DNA from: Caldithrix sp.
GTDB lineage: Bacteria > Spirochaetota > Leptospiria > Turneriellales > Turneriellaceae
DNA: 64,000 nt
NCBI GenBank assembly: GCA_020722745.1
Contig: DYKF01000001.1
Coordinates: 52,286-116,285 of the forward strand
Direction of reading: 5' to 3'
The position numbers were made by a program, and so were the translations under genes. Within the stretch, counting starts at the first letter, position 1. Each line of letters opens with the position of its first letter. Positions 46,505 to 56,844 of this stretch are shown one piece after another. Below the pieces are notes generated by a model that was given only the letters and a program-made list of their open reading frames with translations, made no database searches and was not told the DNA's origin.

Positions 46505-48010
46505 TCAGTCTCCTATCAGGGGCTTCTGGTAGGAATGCAGGGAATGCACTCCCCCCTGCATCTGCGCAGCAAGCGATCTAATTTCAAATCTCAGCTTTTC
46601 TGACTCGAGAGCCTGGTGCAGATCTGGAACGGTTTTGTAACCCAGATCCTGAAAGCCATGTTTTACACCTTGGATGAGATACGGCACAAAGTCTAAGGCG
46701 GAGCCCTTATCTACGACAGTACCAGATACTCCCTGCGCTACTTTAATCTTTTGATCTTCTGTATTATAGCGCTTGGCTCCACCGCCAGCTTCCATAGCTT
46801 CCACAGATGCCATGCCACGGTAACGTTTCACGCGAACTCCGTTGTCATAGAAGTACTCTCCCGGGGCCTCTTTGGTACCTGCCAGCAGAGAACCAACCAT
46901 GACTGTATGTGCTCCCAGAGCAATCGCTTTGACAATATCTCCGATATTTCCAATTCCACCATCGGCAATCACGGGAACTCCGTATTTTCTGGCTGCTCTG
47001 GCCGTATGAAAAACAGCCGAAGCCTGTGCTCTTCCACTTGACATGGTTTCCTGCGTGATGCAAATGGAACCAGGCCCCATTCCGATGCGCAGCGCGTCAG
47101 CACCTGCTTTGAGCAATGCTTCCGATTGCTCCGTCGTAACCACGTTCCCACCAATCAATTGTATATCGGGATGTTTTTTCTTGAGTTCTTTTATTAGCTC
47201 AATCTGGTACACAGAATACCCCTGGGCAGAATCTATCACGAGCAAATCTACATTTTTGGCAATGAGAGCCTCAATGCGCTCTCTGTCATAAGGATGGGTA
47301 GAAACAGAGGCACCGGCCCGGAGGCGTTTAGACGAATCTTTGCTGGCCAGAGGAAAGTCTTTGTTTTTGATTAAATCTGAGCGCGACAGCAGGGAAACAA
47401 GTTTGCCCTCCTTGTTGAGGATAGGAAGCTTGCCTTTTTTGGAGTCTTTCAGGATTCCATTGGCTTCGGAAAGCGAAACTCCCTCCGAGGCTGTTATCAG
47501 ATCTGTCGTCATGACATCGCGCAAATATTTATTTCGATCTTTTTCAAAATCGATATCGCGGTTTGTTACAATTCCAATCAGCTTTGTGTTCAATGTTCCG
47601 TCTTCTGTAATGGGAATTCCAGAAAAACCATACCGGTTCTTGATGGCATCTACATCTCTAATTCGCTTATCTGGCCCGAGCACGATGGGATCCGTAATAA
47701 ATCCATTTTCGTAACGCTTCACTTTCTCTACGGTTCGCGCCTGCTCTTCTATAGTTAAATTGCTGTGAATTATTCCCATTCCGCCAAGAAGCGCCATCGC
47801 AATGGCCATTTCTGCTTCTGTGACGGTATCCATGGGAGAAGAAATAATGGGAGTCTTGATAGTAATATCTCGGGTAATCTTTGCTTCAAGAGATACATCG
47901 TGCGGAGGAAAATCAATATACCCCGGAAGGATCAGAAAATCCTTATAGGTGATGCCTTTTCCCTGGCGCATCAGTTCCAATCCGGAAAAACCATCCAATA
48001 CAGCTTCCAT
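46505..48010 (-). CDS. guaB: IMP dehydrogenase
   Basis: 501 aa. CBS pair insertion, active-site loop GIGPGSICTTQ-like ([12 protein letters not shown]), VIADGGI. Confidence 0.97.
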   Translation of the reverse strand: MEAVLDGFSGLELMRQGKGITYKDFLILPGYIDFPPHDVSLEAKITRDITIKTPIISSPMDTVTEAEMAIAMALLGGMGIIHSNLTIEEQARTVEKVKRYENGFITDPIVLGPDKRIRDVDAIKNRYGFSGIPITEDGTLNTKLIGIVTNRDIDFEKDRNKYLRDVMTTDLITASEGVSLSEANGILKDSKKGKLPILNKEGKLVSLLSRSDLIKNKDFPLASKDSSKRLRAGASVSTHPYDRERIEALIAKNVDLLVIDSAQGYSVYQIELIKELKKKHPDIQLIGGNVVTTEQSEALLKAGADALRIGMGPGSICITQETMSSGRAQASAVFHTARAARKYGVPVIADGGIGNIGDIVKAIALGAHTVMVGSLLAGTKEAPGEYFYDNGVRVKRYRGMASVEAMEAGGGAKRYNTEDQKIKVAQGVSGTVVDKGSALDFVPYLIQGVKHGFQDLGYKTVPDLHQALESEKLRFEIRSLAAQMQGGVHSLHSYQKPLIGD

Positions 48011-48088
48011 GAGACAAAATCAGAATGAAAAAAGGCCCGTAAACTTTTTTTTGATTTGACAGCCTGAATCTCCAGAAAAATCAGGATT

Positions 48089-48349
48089 ATGGCACATAAG
48101 AAAGGTGGCGGATCATCCAAAAACGGGCGCGATTCAAATGCCCAAAGACTCGGCGTAAAACGCTTTGGCGGAGAAACGGTAACAGCTGGTTCCATTCTCG
48201 TTCGCCAGAGGGGAACTGTTTTTAAGCCGGGAAAAAACGTTAAGCGAGGCAAAGACGATACTCTGTTTGCACTGGTCGATGGCCAGGTCAAATTTGAGAC
48301 GATTGCTAAAGCGAAACAGCAGATTTCTGTTTACCCTGTTGCAAATTAA
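48089..48349 (+). CDS. rpmA: 50S ribosomal protein L27
   Basis: 86 aa. [24 protein letters not shown] hallmark. Confidence 0.97.
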   Translation: MAHKKGGGSSKNGRDSNAQRLGVKRFGGETVTAGSILVRQRGTVFKPGKNVKRGKDDTLFALVDGQVKFETIAKAKQQISVYPVAN

Positions 48350-48478
48350 CCTGGCAGAACAGTTCTCTCTGAATTTTGAAACAATGGCACGCCATTCGTT
48401 GGATGGCTGTGTCTTTTCTATTTTCTCTTCTTCCAATCCAAAACAAACCCACTTCCCTAATACCACCCAGGACATCCC

Positions 48479-49480
48479 TTGCATCGCTTTACCGACGAAA
48501 TCTCTATTACAATAAAAGCCGGCAACGGCGGTGCGGGCGCAATTGCGTTCCGGCATGAAAAATTTATCGAATTTGGCGGCCCCGATGGCGGCGATGGCGG
48601 AGACGGTGGTTCTGTCATTTTTCAACCAGACGAGCGCGTCGTAACGCTTTCTCATTTGCGCTCCAATAAAGTGTACAGGGCCGGAAACGGTCAAACCGGA
48701 CAGGGCAGACTAAAATCTGGTAAAAAAGGACGAAACCTCATTATTCCCGTACCCTTTGGAACCGTAATCACGGATCTCGATGGAAATATTCTTCACGATT
48801 TTCTGGAGCCGGAACCATGGCTTGCCGCAGAAGGAGCCATGGGTGGTCGCGGAAATGCCTTTTTTAAGTCATCGACAAACCAGACTCCGCGCTTTGCCCA
48901 GCCCGGTATTCAAACGGAACCAATGGAACTCCATCTGGAACTGAAATTGATCGCCGACATTGGCTTTGTAGGTTTTCCCAATGCCGGTAAATCTTCTCTT
49001 CTCAAAGCACTGACCTCTGCGAATCCCAGAATTGCAAGTTATCCTTTTACAACCCTGACCCCAAATCTTGGCGTATTGTCAGACGGAACCATGCGCGCTC
49101 TCACCATTGCGGATATTCCCGGCATTATTGAAGGCGCTTCGCGAGGAATAGGACTCGGAATTTCCTTTCTGAAACATATAGACAGAGTATCTTTCCTTAT
49201 ATTCCTTCTCGATGTATCCACCGCTTATGGAGAAGAAGAGCTGAAAATTTTGAAGGATGAAATGGAATCCTACAATTCCAATCTACTAAACAGACCCTGG
49301 ATGGTCGTGTTCAATAAAATCGATCTCGTAGAGGACAGAGCCTTCCTGCGCGAGTGGATGGATGCAGTTCCGGTAGGCACACTTCCCCACATGACAATTT
49401 CTGCTGCTACGGGAGAAGGGATAGACGCGCTGCGAGAAACTCTGCTTTCCTATTTTCGCGAGCGGGAACATAAAATCTGA
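48479..49480 (+). CDS. obgE: GTPase ObgE/CgtA
   Basis: 333 aa with a TTG start. Gly-rich Obg fold (GNGGAGAIAFRHEKF...GGPDGGDGGDGG), G1 GFPNAGKSS, G3 DIPG, G4 NKID. Confidence 0.93.
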   Translation: MHRFTDEISITIKAGNGGAGAIAFRHEKFIEFGGPDGGDGGDGGSVIFQPDERVVTLSHLRSNKVYRAGNGQTGQGRLKSGKKGRNLIIPVPFGTVITDLDGNILHDFLEPEPWLAAEGAMGGRGNAFFKSSTNQTPRFAQPGIQTEPMELHLELKLIADIGFVGFPNAGKSSLLKALTSANPRIASYPFTTLTPNLGVLSDGTMRALTIADIPGIIEGASRGIGLGISFLKHIDRVSFLIFLLDVSTAYGEEELKILKDEMESYNSNLLNRPWMVVFNKIDLVEDRAFLREWMDAVPVGTLPHMTISAATGEGIDALRETLLSYFREREHKI

Positions 49481-49523
49481 TTTACGCCTCTGTAGCCTGC
49501 CATAAAATCTGCGGGAGGACAAA

Positions 49524-52235
49524 ATGAAAATATACTACTTTGGAAAAAAACGGACCGACGGGCGCGCGTCGGGCAAATTACTGTTAGGCGGAAAAGGCGC
49601 TAACTTGGCCGAAATGTGCCACTTAGGGATACCCGTCCCCCCCGGGTTTACCATATCCACCGAAGTATGCCATTGGTACCAGAAACATAAAAGCTTACCA
49701 GAAGAATTGACTGCAGACATACAGAACGCATTGTCCCTCCTTGAAGAAGAAACCGGAAAAAAATTTGGGTCGCGCGACAGTCTGCCCCTGCTCGTTTCCG
49801 TTCGTTCCGGCTCCCCCGTATCCATGCCGGGAATGATGGACACCATCCTGAATCTTGGTCTCAATGACGATACTGTTCAATCACTCGCGCGCGCAACATC
49901 GAACGAAAGGTTTGCGTGGGATTCGTATAGACGTTTTATTCAAATGTTCTCGGATGTAGTTCTGGGCGTTTCCCATCATTTTTTTGAAGAATCTCTCACA
50001 CAAATCAAGAAGAAAGAAAACGTCCTGTACGATTATGAATTATCTGCCGAAGCCTTAAAAATACTTGTAGCAGAATACAAAAAAATTACACTGAGGGAAA
50101 CAGGTTCTCCCTTTCCGGAATCCCCCATGCAGCAATTACACCAGGCAGTGGAAGCTGTTTTCAAATCCTGGAACAATAGACGTGCCATCACCTACAGAAA
50201 AATTCATGCCATTCCGGAAACTCTCTGTACGGCTGTCAATGTTCAATCCATGGTCTTTGGCAATTTGTCAGCAAATTCTGGAACCGGTGTCGTCTTTACC
50301 CGGAATCCGTCCACCGGTGAAAATCTTTTTTACGGCGAATATCTTCAGAACGCGCAGGGGGAAGATGTAGTGGCTGGAATCAGAACCCCAAAACCAATAT
50401 CATCCTTAGAAACAGACGATCCGGTCAATTACTACGAACTAAAAAAAATTGCCTCTAAACTGGAAACCCATTTCCATGACATGCAGGACATTGAGTTCAC
50501 GATAGAGCAGGAAAAACTTTTTATTCTGCAGACCCGTTCAGGAAAACGAACCGCCCCGGCCAGTCTGCACATAGCCATGGACTTCTACAAAGAAGGACTC
50601 ATAGACAGGGAAACCGCTCTGATGAGAATAGACCCGGAAGCACTCCCACACCTTCTCGCCAATGTATTCAATGCGGAGGAACTGAAACAGGCAGCAAACT
50701 CTGGTCAATTGCTTGCGACCGGTTTACCTGCTGGTCCCGGAGCGGCTTCTGGCGCGATTGCTTTTTCAGCCGACCGCGCCGTTGAATTTGCCAGCCAGGG
50801 AAAAGCTACCATACTCGTGCGGTTAGAGACATCTCCCGAGGACATTGCCGGAATGGAAAAATCGCGCGGAATTTTGACTGCGCGGGGAGGAATGACATCG
50901 CATGCCGCCGTAGTGGCGCGTGGGATGAACAAGCCCTGCGTTGCCGGAGCAAGCGATCTTGTGATCCATGAAAAAGAACTAACCCTTACAATCCAGGGAC
51001 GCGCAGGAATACTCTTAAAAGAGGGAGATACCATCAGCATTGACGGCTATACCGGCTTTGTCTATGCGGGAGAACTGACGACGAGTCCATCCGAAATCCA
51101 CCGCGTATTCATTGAAAAAAGTCTGCCTTTGGAAAACTCCCCTCTCGCCCAGAAATATTACCAGCTGATGCAATGGGTAGAGGAAATTTCTACTTTGGGC
51201 GTACGGGCCAACGCAGATACAGGAGCCGATGCCAGCCATGCCCGCAGCTACGGCGCTCAGGGAATAGGGCTGGCACGAACCGAGCATATGTTTTTTTCAC
51301 CTCAAAAAATAATGGAGGTGAGAAAAATGATCCTGGCAGAAACAGAGGAAGAAAGAGCCAAAGCTCTTGAGCAAATGCTCGAATTCCAGGAACATAATTT
51401 CTATGATCTATTTAGAGAAATGGACGGTTTCCCCGTAACCATACGACTTCTCGATCCTCCGCTGCACGAGTTTCTCCCCGTAGAACCTGCCATTATCAAC
51501 GAAATCGCGGAAGAGCTTGGCATTCCAGCCGAAACCGTCTTGTCAAGGGCTCGCTCTCTGCGGGAGATAAATCCCATGCTTGGGCACCGAGGCTGTAGAC
51601 TGGGTATAACGTTCCCAGAAATTACGGCCATGCAGGCCCGGGCGATTTTTTTGGCGGCTCACCGGGCCATAAGAGATGGCTATCGAGTACATCCGGAAAT
51701 CATGATTCCCCTAGCGGGCCACTGGAAAGAAGTGCAGCTTCAGAAAAAAGTGATCGAAGACACCTATCGAGAACTCCAGAAAGAAACAGGCATTTTTATC
51801 CCCTTTCGCACCGGCTCCATGATAGAGGTTCCCCGCGCTGCTCTCACCTCCGACGAAATAGCCCGTGAAGCCGATTTCTTCAGTTTTGGCACTAACGATT
51901 TGACACAGATGACGCTGGGCTTTTCAAGAGACGACTCAGGAACATTTATCCCTCAGTATCTGGAACATAAAATCTACGAATCAGATCCGTTCCGAACGCT
52001 GGATATAGAGGGTGTAGGTTCACTCATCCGCATTGCACTCGACAAAGCAAGAGCAGTAAAACCAGATATTCCGACAGGAATTTGCGGAGAGCATGGAGGA
52101 GATCCCAAAACAATTGCCTTTGCCGTTTCTCTCGGAATGGACTATGTTTCTGTGAGCCCTTTCCGCGTTCCCGTCGCGAGACTGGCGGCTGCCCAGGCCA
52201 AAATTTCCCTGGCAAGGAGTAAAAATCCAGCATGA
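49524..52235 (+). CDS. ppdK: Pyruvate, phosphate dikinase
   Basis: 903 aa. LLGGKGANLAEM, phosphohistidine region GGMTSHAAVVARG, C-terminal PEP-utiliser TIM barrel (FFSFGTNDLTQ). Confidence 0.97.
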   Translation: MKIYYFGKKRTDGRASGKLLLGGKGANLAEMCHLGIPVPPGFTISTEVCHWYQKHKSLPEELTADIQNALSLLEEETGKKFGSRDSLPLLVSVRSGSPVSMPGMMDTILNLGLNDDTVQSLARATSNERFAWDSYRRFIQMFSDVVLGVSHHFFEESLTQIKKKENVLYDYELSAEALKILVAEYKKITLRETGSPFPESPMQQLHQAVEAVFKSWNNRRAITYRKIHAIPETLCTAVNVQSMVFGNLSANSGTGVVFTRNPSTGENLFYGEYLQNAQGEDVVAGIRTPKPISSLETDDPVNYYELKKIASKLETHFHDMQDIEFTIEQEKLFILQTRSGKRTAPASLHIAMDFYKEGLIDRETALMRIDPEALPHLLANVFNAEELKQAANSGQLLATGLPAGPGAASGAIAFSADRAVEFASQGKATILVRLETSPEDIAGMEKSRGILTARGGMTSHAAVVARGMNKPCVAGASDLVIHEKELTLTIQGRAGILLKEGDTISIDGYTGFVYAGELTTSPSEIHRVFIEKSLPLENSPLAQKYYQLMQWVEEISTLGVRANADTGADASHARSYGAQGIGLARTEHMFFSPQKIMEVRKMILAETEEERAKALEQMLEFQEHNFYDLFREMDGFPVTIRLLDPPLHEFLPVEPAIINEIAEELGIPAETVLSRARSLREINPMLGHRGCRLGITFPEITAMQARAIFLAAHRAIRDGYRVHPEIMIPLAGHWKEVQLQKKVIEDTYRELQKETGIFIPFRTGSMIEVPRAALTSDEIAREADFFSFGTNDLTQMTLGFSRDDSGTFIPQYLEHKIYESDPFRTLDIEGVGSLIRIALDKARAVKPDIPTGICGEHGGDPKTIAFAVSLGMDYVSVSPFRVPVARLAAAQAKISLARSKNPA

Positions 52236-52750
52236 GATGGTTCCTCTACATCCTGTTTGCTCTGAATCTTTCGTTTTGCAGCGGAGAGAAAGGATACCGA
52301 CCCCTGCCCCGCGACAAAGAAGCAGCCGAAGCAGATGCTTCCATACATGACTTTAGCCTGAATGGACGGGAAAACAATAACGAATGGCAGATTCACGCTG
52401 GTTCTGCCCTGGTGTACGAGTCCGGAAAAAAAATCGAAATGTTGGCCCCTCGCATCCATATTCTCAGCACTGATACGGAAATTGTTTCCGAACGGGGAAT
52501 ATGGCAGGAGAGCGAAAAAAAAGCCTATCTCATTGGGAATGTGCGCATAACAGCCAAAAACAAAAGAACACTCGAAACAGAAGAGCTCACATACGACGGC
52601 TCTTCTGGAAGAATCACTTCGCATAAACCGGTAAAAATTCGGTACCCGGAAGGAGATACTATAACAGCGGCTGGTCTCGAAGCAGATACATCTCTCCAGA
52701 ATATTACATTCTTCCAGGGACATGGATATCACCCGGACGGAACGCCATGA
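52232..52750 (+). CDS. LptC-like small lipoprotein (hypothetical)
   Basis: 172 aa. Lipobox LFALNLSFC. Beta-rich sequence with an LptC-like pattern (WQIHAGSALVYESGKKIEMLAPRIHIL). 4-nt overlaps with ppdK and murJ. Family assignment is tentative. Confidence 0.5.
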   Translation: MRWFLYILFALNLSFCSGEKGYRPLPRDKEAAEADASIHDFSLNGRENNNEWQIHAGSALVYESGKKIEMLAPRIHILSTDTEIVSERGIWQESEKKAYLIGNVRITAKNKRTLETEELTYDGSSGRITSHKPVKIRYPEGDTITAAGLEADTSLQNITFFQGHGYHPDGTP

Positions 52751-54315
52751 GCACGGCAAAATCGCACGCCGATACAATTCGCAAAACGGGCATATTTTCC
52801 CTCTTCACGGGTTTGTCGCGTTTCTTTGGCCTGGCAAGAGATATGCTTAAGGCAGCGGCCTTTGGAACAGGACCACTCGCTGTGGCTTTTGACATAGCGT
52901 TTCGGATTCCAAATTTGTTCCGGAATCTCCTGGCAGAAGGCGCACTGTCCCAATCCTTCATTCCGGTATACGAGAAGTATAAGCACGAAAGCCCTGGCAG
53001 CGGGAAAGCTGCAGCCGGGGCCGTAATTTCCTTCATTACGATTGTGCTTCTCGCTTTCAGTGCTCTCATGATGCTCTTTGCCGACACACTCATTCCGCTT
53101 TTCCTGCACAGCAATGCATCCTCTGCTACGGACGTTTCTTTGACAATATCGCTAACGAGACTACTATTCCCTTTTATTTTCTTTGCCAGCATTGTGTCTC
53201 TATTTATTTCTCTTCTGTATTCGCATGGCGTATACTGGGTAGGCAGCTTTGGGCCTGCCCTTATGAACATTGTAGTACTGGCGGGGTTCGGAATTCCCTG
53301 GCTGCTCTGGGGAACGGGCGATATTTATCTGTTCTCTTATGTCACTCTTGCATCGGCAGCCATCCAGCTTCTTTTCACGGTTTACTTTGTGCATAAACAT
53401 AAACTATTTCCCCGACTTTCCTTTTCTTTCAAACATCCAGCGTTGAAAAATTTATTTGTCATGATGCTTCCCGCTGTGTTTGCCGCATCCGTGCAGGAAG
53501 TGGGTCAAATCATCGATATTTATCTTGCAACCATGATCTCGGATAAGGTGCCCGGTGCCGTTTCTGCTCTGTCCTATTCCCACCGCCTCATCCATCTACC
53601 CATTGGAATCTTTGGCGTTGCTCTATCCATGGCGTCGCTTCCAAAACTGTCCCGCCTGTTCATCGAAAAAAAAATGGATGAATTTTCCTCTGCCGTAGAA
53701 TTTGGAGTTCGCCTTAATCTGATGCTGCTGCTTCCTTCTGCTCTGGGGCTTATTCTTCTCAGTGACTCCATTGTCTCCATCATCTTTGAACGCGGTTCCT
53801 TTGACCCGGAATCGACCGCGACAACGGCTCTGGCTCTGCGCTTTTATGCGGCCGGGATTCTTGCCTTTTCTCTCCAGAAGTTTTTTCTATCCGCTCTGTA
53901 TTCACGGCAAAACACCCTCGTTCCATCGCTCATCACAGTGGCCGTGTTGGTTGCTAACATAGGCTTTGCCCTCCTCTTTATGCAGACGCTTTACCACGGC
54001 GGGCTTGCTCTTGGATCCAGCCTTGCTGCCTTCCTGGGCGTTTTTCTCTACGGCGTGTACTTTAGACAATTAAAGCTAATATCCTTCCGTAGACATTTTG
54101 GACAGCATCTTCGCAGTTATGTAAAAATTATAGCGATCAATGGAATCATGGCAGGGGGAATTATTCTGGCTGGACAATGGGTCGGAGAAAACCATCTCCT
54201 TCGCGTACTCTTACTACTGCCGCTCGGTATTTTACTGTATTTCCTGGGAATGATCATTCTAAAGCCGGATGGAAGTGAATTCCTGGAAAAGCTGCTGCGG
54301 ATCAAGAAGAAATAG
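52747..54315 (+). CDS. murJ: Lipid II flippase MurJ (MviN)
   Basis: 522 aa, about 14 TM helices. N-terminal SRFFGLARDMLKAAAFGTGPLAVAFDIAFRIPNLFRNLLAEGALSQSFIPV. Confidence 0.93.
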   Translation: MSTAKSHADTIRKTGIFSLFTGLSRFFGLARDMLKAAAFGTGPLAVAFDIAFRIPNLFRNLLAEGALSQSFIPVYEKYKHESPGSGKAAAGAVISFITIVLLAFSALMMLFADTLIPLFLHSNASSATDVSLTISLTRLLFPFIFFASIVSLFISLLYSHGVYWVGSFGPALMNIVVLAGFGIPWLLWGTGDIYLFSYVTLASAAIQLLFTVYFVHKHKLFPRLSFSFKHPALKNLFVMMLPAVFAASVQEVGQIIDIYLATMISDKVPGAVSALSYSHRLIHLPIGIFGVALSMASLPKLSRLFIEKKMDEFSSAVEFGVRLNLMLLLPSALGLILLSDSIVSIIFERGSFDPESTATTALALRFYAAGILAFSLQKFFLSALYSRQNTLVPSLITVAVLVANIGFALLFMQTLYHGGLALGSSLAAFLGVFLYGVYFRQLKLISFRRHFGQHLRSYVKIIAINGIMAGGIILAGQWVGENHLLRVLLLLPLGILLYFLGMIILKPDGSEFLEKLLRIKKK

Positions 54316-54380
54316 AAAAACAGACTTTACCGCATGAGTCAATACCTGTGTTCTGTCCGTTTAAGTCTCAGGATATATTC

Positions 54381-56048
54381 ATGAATCGCATATTACTTAC
54401 TTTTTTCTTCACTTCCTTCACACTCTTGATTGCTCAGCCTGCCACTCCCGAATCCGGAGTCGTCGTGCTGCCCCAGGGGGGAGAAGTCACCCGTATTTCC
54501 GCAGTTTCCGGCACACAGGGAGAAAAAACAATTCTCACCAAATATTACGAGGTAAAAGTTCAGTCCGCAGGAGGAGAAATAGCCTCTTTTTACCACTTGG
54601 ACCCTTCTTCCAAAACAAAACAGAAGATTGAACTCACAGATTCTGAGACAATGAATTTTGTCACCTATCCCGATGTAACGGATAGAACAATTTTTACAGA
54701 TTTTCGCAACCAGTTGCTGACTCGCCATTATACTCTCAACACGGTAGAAACAGAAACCACGATAAAAATAAGCGCAGCTCTTCCCGTTACCGTTTTCATG
54801 CGAGATCAAAAAACGGACCTTCTCTTTGTGAAAGAATACGAATTCTATAAAAAAGAGCATTACTGGCTTTACCGGCAGACAATCGAAAACAAGGGTGCTG
54901 CGGCTGTCAGCTTCAAATCCATGTATTTTATGCCGTTTCGCGATATTGGCCCCACGGCAGATGACAAATCTCCGATTTCCAAACATAAAAACTACAGTTT
55001 TCTATACTATAAGGACGATTTCAAAACTTTCAGACCAGCCGGAGGCGGCATGTTTGGCGGCAAAAAAGAATCCAAGCTGTTTGACTCATCCGTTCATTTT
55101 TTTGGCCACAGTGGCCGTTTTATGATAATGACTGTACAACCCTTGTTCGCAAACACGGGGGCCTATTTCTTTCCAGAAATAAAACAGGATGACGTGCTGG
55201 TCCAGCATGCACAGACAGATCTCAATCTCGGCAAACTTTCCATTCCACCTGCTTCTAAAGCAGTTTACGAGTACATTGTATACACTGGACCTAAGGCCAA
55301 AGAATACCTGAAAACGGAAACAGCCTCTTTCCCGTACACCAATAAAATCCATAAGGACCTGTATAAATCCTTTGACTTTGGAATTACCGCTCCCATCCGG
55401 GACCTCATTGTAGAAATTCTGCACGTATTCTACAAACTGGCTCCCAATTATGGAGTAGGCATTATTGTATTTGCTCTGTTGTTTAAGTTAGTGTTTTTTC
55501 ACATGAACCTGAAGCAGGCTGAATCCATGAAAAAGATGGCAGCTTTGCAACCCCTGATGAAAGAAATCAATGAGCGCTACCAGAATAACCCACAGGAAAA
55601 ACAGCGCCGCATGATGCTATTATACAAGGAACATAAAATTAATCCACTGGGTGGCTGTTTACCCATGCTTATCCAGATCCCCATTTTTATCGCTCTGTAT
55701 AGCGCGTTTTCAGACTCATACGATTTATGGAAGTCACCATTTATATCCGGATGGACGCCGGATTTGTCTGAACCAGATACTCTGTTTTCCTTTCCCACAG
55801 GCTGGCCTTTGTTAGGTGGTTTTAATTTTCATATTTTACCAATCCTGATGGCGGCTACCCAGTATCTTCAGACTAAATTTACGGTTGTTTCGGGCGACGA
55901 AACCCAGAAAAGAATTATGCAGCTTATGCCTCTTCTCATGCTCGTCTTTTTCTGGGCTATGCCTGCCGGAGTGGTGCTCTACTGGACTATTCAGAACATC
56001 CTTTCCATTGGACAGCAGCTCTACACGAATAGCCGGTCAAAAGCTTGA
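54381..56048 (+). CDS. yidC: Membrane protein insertase YidC
   Basis: ATG at 54381 (MNRILLTFFFTSFTLLIAQ). Large periplasmic P1 domain. C-terminal 60-kDa IMP core (NYGVGIIVFALLFKLVFF, NPLGGCLPMLIQIPIFIALY). Confidence 0.93.
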   Translation: MNRILLTFFFTSFTLLIAQPATPESGVVVLPQGGEVTRISAVSGTQGEKTILTKYYEVKVQSAGGEIASFYHLDPSSKTKQKIELTDSETMNFVTYPDVTDRTIFTDFRNQLLTRHYTLNTVETETTIKISAALPVTVFMRDQKTDLLFVKEYEFYKKEHYWLYRQTIENKGAAAVSFKSMYFMPFRDIGPTADDKSPISKHKNYSFLYYKDDFKTFRPAGGGMFGGKKESKLFDSSVHFFGHSGRFMIMTVQPLFANTGAYFFPEIKQDDVLVQHAQTDLNLGKLSIPPASKAVYEYIVYTGPKAKEYLKTETASFPYTNKIHKDLYKSFDFGITAPIRDLIVEILHVFYKLAPNYGVGIIVFALLFKLVFFHMNLKQAESMKKMAALQPLMKEINERYQNNPQEKQRRMMLLYKEHKINPLGGCLPMLIQIPIFIALYSAFSDSYDLWKSPFISGWTPDLSEPDTLFSFPTGWPLLGGFNFHILPILMAATQYLQTKFTVVSGDETQKRIMQLMPLLMLVFFWAMPAGVVLYWTIQNILSIGQQLYTNSRSKA

Positions 56049-56076
56049 GTCTAATTTCAACTACGGAGACATCTCA

Positions 56077-56844
56077 ATGATCTTACTGGAACTGCAGGCT
56101 AAAAACGACAAAGAAGCCATAGATATGGCATCAGGCATACTCGAAGTATCGCCAGAAAACTTCACAGCGGAAGTATTCAAAAAAGGTGGTGGAAATTTTC
56201 TTGGACTTGGCGGAAAAAAACCCTCCCTGTTCCATGTTCTCCCTACTGAAAAAGCCACCCAGGAAACTCTCGTAAAAGGAGTTATCATTTCCCTTCTGTC
56301 TAACATGGGTTACCAGGTGGAAATTCTTCAAACAGAGACTCTCGAAGACGGAAAATTTTATGTGGAACTCGCTTCCCAGAATGCAGGAAACATAATCGGG
56401 AAAAAGGGGAAAACACTCGAAGCTCTTCAATTTGTCGTAAACATTATAATTGAAAAGCATACTGGAGCACAGCCCAAAATACTTCTCGATATAGAAAAGT
56501 ACCGCGATCGCCGCGCAAAACAGCTTTCTGATATTGCCATCAAAATGGCAAGACAGGTCATAAAGACGGGAAAAAGCAGACTGCTCGATCCACTCAATCC
56601 CTACGAGCGCCGTCTCGTACACATGGCTCTTCAGGAAAACGAAGAAGTTCTCACCGAATCAGAAGGTTCCGGAGTCTATAAAAGAATCCGCATTTCTGCT
56701 AAAAAGAAAGGAGAAAAAAATCCTGTCCTGGAAGAACTTTCGGAAGAAGTATCTGACTACGATGACTTTGCAGATCCGGAAGACTATGAGAACATCCAGA
56801 AACAGATGGCAGAAACAATGAACGACGATGAGCCAGCTGGCTGA
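56077..56844 (+). CDS. jag: Jag/KhpB family RNA-binding protein (Jag_N, KH, R3H)
   Basis: The ORF track start at 55885 lies inside yidC. ATG at 56077 (MILLELQAKNDKEAIDMASG). KH GxxG (IIGKKGKTLEALQ). R3H region (ERRLVHMAL). Confidence 0.88.
   Translation: MILLELQAKNDKEAIDMASGILEVSPENFTAEVFKKGGGNFLGLGGKKPSLFHVLPTEKATQETLVKGVIISLLSNMGYQVEILQTETLEDGKFYVELASQNAGNIIGKKGKTLEALQFVVNIIIEKHTGAQPKILLDIEKYRDRRAKQLSDIAIKMARQVIKTGKSRLLDPLNPYERRLVHMALQENEEVLTESEGSGVYKRIRISAKKKGEKNPVLEELSEEVSDYDDFADPEDYENIQKQMAETMNDDEPAG

Noticed and set aside
48011-48088. rpmA lacks an upstream rplU, and a weak CCTGA/TCAGG hairpin precedes its start
   Set aside because: The stem is only 5 bp. Absence of rplU is a gene-order difference with no sequence signal to evaluate within this window.
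48385-48405. TGGCACGCCATTCGTTGG upstream of obg as a sigma-54 promoter
   Set aside because: The -12 position reads TCGT rather than TTGC, so this is probably a chance TGGCAC.
48134-48694. 186-aa minus-strand ORF spanning rpmA, the spacer and the obg 5' end
   Set aside because: It runs antisense to two highly conserved genes (L27 and Obg), so it is a shadow ORF.
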